64,000 nucleotides of DNA from an uncultured Nitrospiraceae bacterium (lineage in GTDB: Bacteria > Nitrospirota > Nitrospiria > Nitrospirales > Nitrospiraceae): assembly GCA_963730935.1 (NCBI GenBank), contig CAVSTP010000002.1, positions 512,001-576,000 of the forward strand, in the 5' to 3' direction. Made by a program: the position numbers and the translations under genes. Under the pieces are notes generated by a model. The model had not been told where the DNA came from, ran no database searches, and was given only the letters and a program-made list of their open reading frames with translations. Every line of letters starts with the position of its first letter. Position 1 is the stretch's first letter. This document shows positions 57,815-64,000 of the stretch, one piece after another.

Positions 57815-58396
57815 TTAATCAGCACGCTGTTGTGCGGCGGTCAAATCATCGATCGTCAGCAAGCTGATCACCTTCACGCCCTCCTGCTCGACTTTTGCCC
57901 GCCCTTCCTGTTCTCTTCGATCCACGATCACGAGCGCATGGGTCACCGCAAGTCCCGCTTCCCTCGCTGACGCAACAGCTTTAAGCAAGGAACCTCCGCT
58001 CGTCAGGACATCGTCGACGATCAAGGCGCGGTCCCCCGAACGGATGGCGCCTTCGATCTGCTTCCCTAGGCCGTGATCCTTCGCCTGCTTACGCACGACA
58101 AAGGTTCGCCATTCCCGCTTGGGATCAGCCGCATAGGCGAAATCCGCGATCGTCGTCGCAATGGAAATGGCGCCGATCTCCAACCCGCCGAGACAATCGA
58201 TCTCCATTTCCCTCAGTGCGCTATGAGCAAGTTGACCGACCAGACGTCGGGCGGACGGGTGGGCCATCAACGCGCGGCAATCCACATAAAACGGGCTGAC
58301 GTGGCCGGACGCCAGGGTAAATCCTTTTTGCTGATCCCATTTGAAGGAGCGTGTTTCATGAAACGCGCGAGCCAGTTCCTTTGCTGTCGACATCAT
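57815..58396 (-). CDS. pyrE: Orotate phosphoribosyltransferase
   Basis: FTLASG..SPFYVD, VRKQAKDHG, VDDVLTSGGS, VDRRE. Confidence 0.93.
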   Translation of the reverse strand: MMSTAKELARAFHETRSFKWDQQKGFTLASGHVSPFYVDCRALMAHPSARRLVGQLAHSALREMEIDCLGGLEIGAISIATTIADFAYAADPKREWRTFVVRKQAKDHGLGKQIEGAIRSGDRALIVDDVLTSGGSLLKAVASAREAGLAVTHALVIVDRREQEGRAKVEQEGVKVISLLTIDDLTAAQQRAD

Positions 58397-58549
58397 CTCA
58401 GTGTTCACTTCCTGCGCATCAGTGGCAGTTTGAGTAGAACTACGTGCGAGAAAATCCAATTTCGTTGACCACATATTCAAACAGAGATACGGTCGCAGCA
58501 TGACTGCACATCTTGAGTTCGCACCATGCATCCGGAGACCAGCACTTGG

Positions 58550-58744
58550 CTAGCATGAACCCCGCATCGCTGGCGGACAGTAGCTATGAGGTGGTTTTGG
58601 CGGAGGAGTCCGTTCGACTTCTTGAGGAGGTTCCGGCTGTTTAGGGTCTGGATCTTGACCTACCGGTATCGGTTCAGGACTGGAGCATCCTAAGAAGTAC
58701 AGCACCGCAACAATCTGCAGCGATCGCAAGAACCAGTGAGCCAT
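58550..58744 (-). CDS. Possible small Pro-rich lipoprotein
   Basis: MAHWFLRSLQIVAVLYFLGC lipobox-like start; 64 aa; weak RBS. Confidence 0.35.
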   Translation of the reverse strand: MAHWFLRSLQIVAVLYFLGCSSPEPIPVGQDPDPKQPEPPQEVERTPPPKPPHSYCPPAMRGSC

Positions 58745-58856
58745 AGATATCGGACGGACAGACGAATTGGGACGGTCAACTCTATACCACTTGCCTAGGC
58801 ATGGTCCAGCCCCTTGTGCGTAAACCATGACAGCGTGTGACTTGGTTGGAGCAGAA

Positions 58857-60668
58857 ATGAAAGACAGTTCGGCGTGTGGGAAGCGGCATGTCAGCCGCAT
58901 CCGATTGCTCGCAATGTTGCTGCTGTGCGTTGTGCCGCTCACGGCCTATGGCGAAGAACTGCCGATGAACGCCGTCGACGAGCCAGCAACTCCAGCCGCT
59001 CCCGTCGTCGGTCCGGCGATCCCCGAGCCTGCTGAATCATCCGTCTCCCCAACGCAACCGACCAACGAACCACCCGCAGCAGGCACAGCCGACACACCTG
59101 AACCTTCGACACAAGAACCGCAGACCAAGCCGGAGTCGCCAGCGCCTTCGACACAATCGACGACACCACCGGCGCCGGCCGTGATCAATGGCTTCGTGTT
59201 TTCCGGGAACACGGTGATCGGCAATGAACAATTGCAGACTGTCACTCAACCATTCGTCGGCGAAGTGCTCGATCTTCCCGTCCTCGAAAAGGCTGCACAA
59301 TCCGTCACCGACTATTACCGAAAGCAGGGGTACACTCTCGCATTAGCCTATGTTCCCCAGCAACAGATCGAGTTGGGCGTGGTGACGTTGGCCCTGCTCG
59401 AGGGGAGGATCGGCGATGTGACCGTCAACGGGAACCGCCATTATTCGACTGCATTTATCAAGCGGCACTTCGCTCAAGCTGAGGCAGAACCCGTGGCGCG
59501 AAATGAATCGTTGGAGCGGGGACTTCTCCTCTTGAATGAGTATCCGTCCCTGAAGACATCTGCCACCTTGGAGGCGGGGAAATCCGCTGGGGCCACGGAT
59601 GTCCATGTGACCGTGGAAGACAAACGGCCACTGCATTTCATGCTGGACGTGAACAATTACGGCTTCAACACGATTTCTCGTTACCGCTTCGGTGCAGGAG
59701 TGGAAGTCGGCAATGTGCTGATGGATGGCGGCACCCTGACGCTCAATGCCATTTGGGGCAATCATCCGGATCAACTGCTGTTCGGAATGGGGAACTATAG
59801 TCTTCCCCTCGGCGGGCAAGGCACCAAGCTCGTGCTCGGAGGCTCTCACGGAAAGTTCGACGTCGGCGGTCAATTGTCGTCTCTCCAAATCAGCGGCTTG
59901 ACGACCATCGGTGATCTCGCGGTCACCCATCCGTTCATCAAGTCCCGCTTTCAGAATCTACTTGGTGAGTTTGGATTTTCGGCAAAGAACAATACACTGT
60001 CGTTGCTCGACACCACGTTTGCTGACGATGCGATCCGGCTGCTCAAGCTCGGTGTCAATTGGGATCGCCTCGACTTGTCGGGCCGTTGGTATGTGTCCTT
60101 TTACGGATTTCAGGGCTTAGGTGAGTTCCTCGGCGGCATGGACAACAGTTCACCGCAAGCCTCTAGACAGGGCGCGGACAACCGTTTTACAAAAGCCACG
60201 ATGGCGGCCGGGCGCATCCAAAGTCTTGGCCATGATGTGTTATTGGTATTGAAGGGAACAGGCCAAGGAACGACGGCGCCACTCGTGATCATCGAACAGA
60301 TGGTGCTCGGCGGACCGGATTCGGTGCGCGGCTATCCATTGGGCCAACGATTCGTTGACCAAGGCTTTACCCTGTCCGCGGAGACACGCATCCCATTTTT
60401 TCCGTCACTTATGCCCGCCGCCTTACAGCAGACCCAGGGAACCATCTTCATCGACTATGGCTACGGGAGCCTAAAAAATCCGACGCCGGGTGAGCAGCCA
60501 TCAACCAGTCTGACCGGCACCGGCGTAGGGCTACAGACGCTCCTGCCTCGGTACAATACCAATGTTCGTCTTGATCTCGGCTTCCCGCTAGGTCCCAACC
60601 CGATTGGCGGCACCCTTTCCGGCGACCGCTCACCGACCTTCTACTTTTCCATTTCGACACGTTTTTAA
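58857..60668 (+). CDS. ShlB/FhaC/HecB-family TpsB outer-membrane transporter
   Basis: POTRA (YYRKQGY..A.VPQQ...G), GGPDSVRGY loop-6 motif, C-terminal Phe; start approximate. Confidence 0.93.
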   Translation: MKDSSACGKRHVSRIRLLAMLLLCVVPLTAYGEELPMNAVDEPATPAAPVVGPAIPEPAESSVSPTQPTNEPPAAGTADTPEPSTQEPQTKPESPAPSTQSTTPPAPAVINGFVFSGNTVIGNEQLQTVTQPFVGEVLDLPVLEKAAQSVTDYYRKQGYTLALAYVPQQQIELGVVTLALLEGRIGDVTVNGNRHYSTAFIKRHFAQAEAEPVARNESLERGLLLLNEYPSLKTSATLEAGKSAGATDVHVTVEDKRPLHFMLDVNNYGFNTISRYRFGAGVEVGNVLMDGGTLTLNAIWGNHPDQLLFGMGNYSLPLGGQGTKLVLGGSHGKFDVGGQLSSLQISGLTTIGDLAVTHPFIKSRFQNLLGEFGFSAKNNTLSLLDTTFADDAIRLLKLGVNWDRLDLSGRWYVSFYGFQGLGEFLGGMDNSSPQASRQGADNRFTKATMAAGRIQSLGHDVLLVLKGTGQGTTAPLVIIEQMVLGGPDSVRGYPLGQRFVDQGFTLSAETRIPFFPSLMPAALQQTQGTIFIDYGYGSLKNPTPGEQPSTSLTGTGVGLQTLLPRYNTNVRLDLGFPLGPNPIGGTLSGDRSPTFYFSISTRF

Positions 60669-60932
60669 CTCGCCGACACCGGCAAGTGCCTGTACGCCCA
60701 GTCAAGCTGCCTCCATCTTCACGCTTTTGTATCCCCTCTTCGGAGCGATGCATGGCTGGTAAGCGCCTGCCACACTTGTACTGCGAGGTCTGCTCAGCGG
60801 GGACCACATGATGGCGGCCGGTTTGCGTGAAGAGGATGTACTAGGAAGCCGTACGAAAAAACTACGACTTTTCTTTGCGGGATGGGACTTGTGGGATAGA
60901 GTGAATTCTCCATTTTCGGGAGAAGGCCGTTC

Positions 60933-63900
60933 ATGTGTTTTAGGTCAGCGCCGAGGATCGTGTCGCGAATCGCTGCGGCACTCGCGATGGTCCTCGTGAT
61001 TCTACAGCTCTGCGCCCCGACGTTTACGCTTGCCCTGCCGGCAGACGGCAAAGTGGTCGCTGGGCAAGCCACAATCCAGCACACGACCCCTACCAGTCTC
61101 GGTATTCAGCAAGCGACTGACAAGGCCATCCTCAATTGGAATAGCTTTTCGATTGCCGCCAACGAAGCTGTCCGTTTCTACCAACCTTCCATTTCCTCCA
61201 TAGCCTTAAACCGTGTGACGGGAATCGATCCGTCCGTCATCTTAGGCCAACTACAAGCGAACGGCCGACTGTTCCTGATCAATCCCAATGGCATCCTGTT
61301 CGGCGCCGGATCACAAATCAATGTGGGAGGCCTGCTGGCGTCGACGCTCCAGATCAAAGACAGCGACTTCATGGCAGGCCGGTATCTGTTTGCTCAAGAT
61401 CCATTAAAGGGACTCAGCACGGTCATCAACAAGGGAACGATCCACGTCTCCGATCACGGATTTGTCTATCTAATCGCTCCGGGCGTGGCGAACGACGGAG
61501 TGATCCTCGCGAATCTCGGGGCTGTGGTGCTTGGCTCGGCTCAGAAGGCTACGATCGATCTGATGGGCGACGGCCTTATCAATTATGCGTTGAGCGACAA
61601 GGTCGCTAGTCAGGTGATGGGGCCCGACGGCAAACCGCTGACCAGTGCCGTCTCGAACAGCGGTACTATCCAAGCCGACGGCGGAAAGGTGATTCTCGCG
61701 GCGAAGGCATCCGGCGATGTCTTCGAATCAGTCATCAACCAAAGCGGCGTTATCCGTGCCAAAAGCCTGGTGAACCATGGAGGCGTTATCCGTCTCGAAG
61801 GCGGAGACCCTGTGCAGAACACCGGCGTCCTCGGTTGGAAACATCATCTCGCTGAAGTGAAAACTTCCGATGGGCGCGTAATCAATACTGGAACGCTTGA
61901 CGTGTCGGCTGCAGAAGCCGGCGCGGCTCAAGGTGAAGTGACCTTGAGCGGCCAAATGATAGGAATCGCCGGCTCAATTCTCGCCCGCGGAGCCGAGAAC
62001 GCCAATGGCGGAAACGTCCTCGCCACCTCGAGCGAAAAAACGATCGTCGCAACAGACGCCGTCATTGATACATCAGGCGTCGGGAACTCGAGCGCAGGCA
62101 ACACGGTGGTTTGGTCGGATCACATGACTGCCTTCCGGGGGACCATCCTTGCGAAGGGCGGTGAAACAGGCGGGAATGGCGGTCAGATCGAGACCTCGGG
62201 TCATGAATTGTTGGAGTTTACCGGCAAAGTCAATGCACTCGCACCGCATGGAACAACAGGTTCGGTTCTTCTTGATCCCACGAATATCACTGTGGCCAAT
62301 GGTGGCACAGCCACACTTGCTCAAGTTGATCAATTCGCCGATCCCGATTGCGTTGCGGGCGGCTGCACGATCGCCCCGGCCACAATCAACCCGGCTGCCG
62401 CGACCGTCAATCTTCAAGCGGACAATGACATTACTATTACGGATCCCATCGCGATGACGGGCGCCGGCATCGGCATCACCATGCGTGCCGGCCGTGACAT
62501 CAATGTCAACAATGGCGTCTCCACAAACAACGGCGCGATTTCCATGACGGCTAACGATGCCGGCGCGGGAGTGGGGAGGGCAGCAGGAACCGGCGATATC
62601 ACAGGAGCCGGAAACATCAATGCAGGAAGCGGCGCTCTTAATTTGACCATCGGCACGAACGCCGGTGGCGCAGGAAATATTAATTTGACAGGAACCGTCG
62701 TCTCGAGCGGGACAACGACTCTGAACGCCGGAGCGACCGGCGACATCTCTCTCGCGAACGTCAACAACGATTTCAACACCATCAACATCACAAACGGGCG
62801 CAATGTCACGATCTACGATACAACGGGCGGAATGACGATCGCTTCGGCCACCACCACTGGCAACATGACATTGACAAGTGACGATGGTCTCACAATCGCC
62901 GGCGCCATCAATGTCGGTTCCGGTACGTTCGCAGGGACGATCAATAATGACGGCGGAACGGTCGGCGACTTCGTGATGAACGCAGGGTCCTCGATTGCGA
63001 CGACAAACACCACCGCGACTGCCGTCGTGATCACCGCGAACGTCAACCCTGACCCTGCACCAGGTCAAAATGACAGGGGAATCATCCTGGGCAACATCAC
63101 GACCGGTAACGGAGGAACGATCACCGCACAGACGAACCCCGGCGGCATCACCACCGGCGCCTCCATTGACCAGATTGCAGGAACCGTCTTGAATACGGGG
63201 TCTGGATCCGTCGTTCTCACGACATCGACAAGTGGCACACAACATATCGGGACGGCCGCTGCTCCTATTCAGACAACCGCCGGCACGGTTACCGCCAGCA
63301 CGGGAACCGGTGGCGTGTTTGTTCATGAGACAGATGGCGCAAACATGACCGCGACGGCGCTCGGCGCCGGGACGGTGTATCTCGGAACCGATTCCGGAAC
63401 GCTCACTGTGGCAGGGGCGACGTCATCCGTCAGTGGTGCCGTCACGTTGGATGGGGGGGCTGCCGGCAACCTCGCCGTCAACAATGCGGTCTCAACGACT
63501 GGCACCGTGCGTATTACGGCGCCCGGCGGGACGGTCACGGAAACGGGATCGATCACTGCCACCAGCCTCGGGGTTCGCGCATTAGGGCCCGTGGCCCTCA
63601 ATGGCGCAAACAACGTCACGACCGTCGCCGGCAATGTGACGGGAGCAGGGAATGCGTTTTCTTATAATGATGCGAATACTCTGACGATCGGCTCTGTGGC
63701 TGCCTTGGCGTCGCCGCCGGTGGCGTTTGCGGCCGTCGACGGCGTCAGCACGAACAATGGACCGATCACGGTAACCACAACCAACGGCCCCATTACGGTC
63801 AGCAACACTGCTGCAGCCGCCGACGTGAATGCAGGTACCAGCACAGTCGCGTTAACCACAGGCGGAGCCAACCAACTGCTGACTATCGCCGCTTCGGCGA

Positions 63901-64000
63901 ATGTCACGGGCACCGGCGGAGTGACCTATACGGCCGACAACATGACGTTGACCGGTACGACGACTGCCACTGGCGCCATTGCCACGTTGCAACCCACTAA
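60933..64000 (+). CDS. Filamentous-haemagglutinin-like TpsA exoprotein, partial (runs off window)
   Basis: Absent from the ORF track; hand translation gives signal peptide, LP..G.VVAG, ILNWNSFSI, LNRVTG, FLINPNGILFG (TPS domain), then Thr/Gly/Ala/Asn-rich repeats. Confidence 0.92.
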   Translation, partial: MCFRSAPRIVSRIAAALAMVLVILQLCAPTFTLALPADGKVVAGQATIQHTTPTSLGIQQATDKAILNWNSFSIAANEAVRFYQPSISSIALNRVTGIDPSVILGQLQANGRLFLINPNGILFGAGSQINVGGLLASTLQIKDSDFMAGRYLFAQDPLKGLSTVINKGTIHVSDHGFVYLIAPGVANDGVILANLGAVVLGSAQKATIDLMGDGLINYALSDKVASQVMGPDGKPLTSAVSNSGTIQADGGKVILAAKASGDVFESVINQSGVIRAKSLVNHGGVIRLEGGDPVQNTGVLGWKHHLAEVKTSDGRVINTGTLDVSAAEAGAAQGEVTLSGQMIGIAGSILARGAENANGGNVLATSSEKTIVATDAVIDTSGVGNSSAGNTVVWSDHMTAFRGTILAKGGETGGNGGQIETSGHELLEFTGKVNALAPHGTTGSVLLDPTNITVANGGTATLAQVDQFADPDCVAGGCTIAPATINPAAATVNLQADNDITITDPIAMTGAGIGITMRAGRDINVNNGVSTNNGAISMTANDAGAGVGRAAGTGDITGAGNINAGSGALNLTIGTNAGGAGNINLTGTVVSSGTTTLNAGATGDISLANVNNDFNTINITNGRNVTIYDTTGGMTIASATTTGNMTLTSDDGLTIAGAINVGSGTFAGTINNDGGTVGDFVMNAGSSIATTNTTATAVVITANVNPDPAPGQNDRGIILGNITTGNGGTITAQTNPGGITTGASIDQIAGTVLNTGSGSVVLTTSTSGTQHIGTAAAPIQTTAGTVTASTGTGGVFVHETDGANMTATALGAGTVYLGTDSGTLTVAGATSSVSGAVTLDGGAAGNLAVNNAVSTTGTVRITAPGGTVTETGSITATSLGVRALGPVALNGANNVTTVAGNVTGAGNAFSYNDANTLTIGSVAALASPPVAFAAVDGVSTNNGPITVTTTNGPITVSNTAAAADVNAGTSTVALTTGGANQLLTIAASANVTGTGGVTYTADNMTLTGTTTATGAIATLQPT

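Noticed and set aside
1..64000. CRISPR array or cas genes
   Set aside because: No regularly spaced 25-45 bp repeats or Cas-like ORFs noticed.

Overview
GC-rich bacterial chromosome segment, most likely Nitrospira (inferred from the 2M-type complex I cluster and general gene content). It is mostly housekeeping: asmA-like, mscL, tRNA-Leu(TAG)-tig-clpP-clpX, tandem PilZ genes, tatA-like, M24 and M17 peptidases, nagZ, queE, priA-like, nuoABCDGIJKLMMN, a CHASE3 kinase cascade, pyrE, and a TpsB/TpsA pair that runs off the right end. The main accessory feature is a ~9.4 kb element integrated in the 3' end of tRNA-Leu(GAG), bounded by a 19-bp direct repeat (23587-23605 / 33021-33039). It looks like a capsid-less phage satellite (PICI/P4-like): integrase, XRE, excisionase-like, TerS-like, iteron origin, P-loop replication gene with one in-frame amber stop, CHC2 Zn-finger, AlpA-like gene behind a structured terminator-containing leader, and cargo (lipoprotein, OafA-type O-acetyltransferase). 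Other oddities: complex I cluster without nuoE/F/H behind a long structured leader, PriA with degenerate ATPase motifs, an extended TatA, and a tandem desulforedoxin-like protein. All calls come from reading motifs by eye; no searches were run, and several start codons were adjusted from the ORF track.
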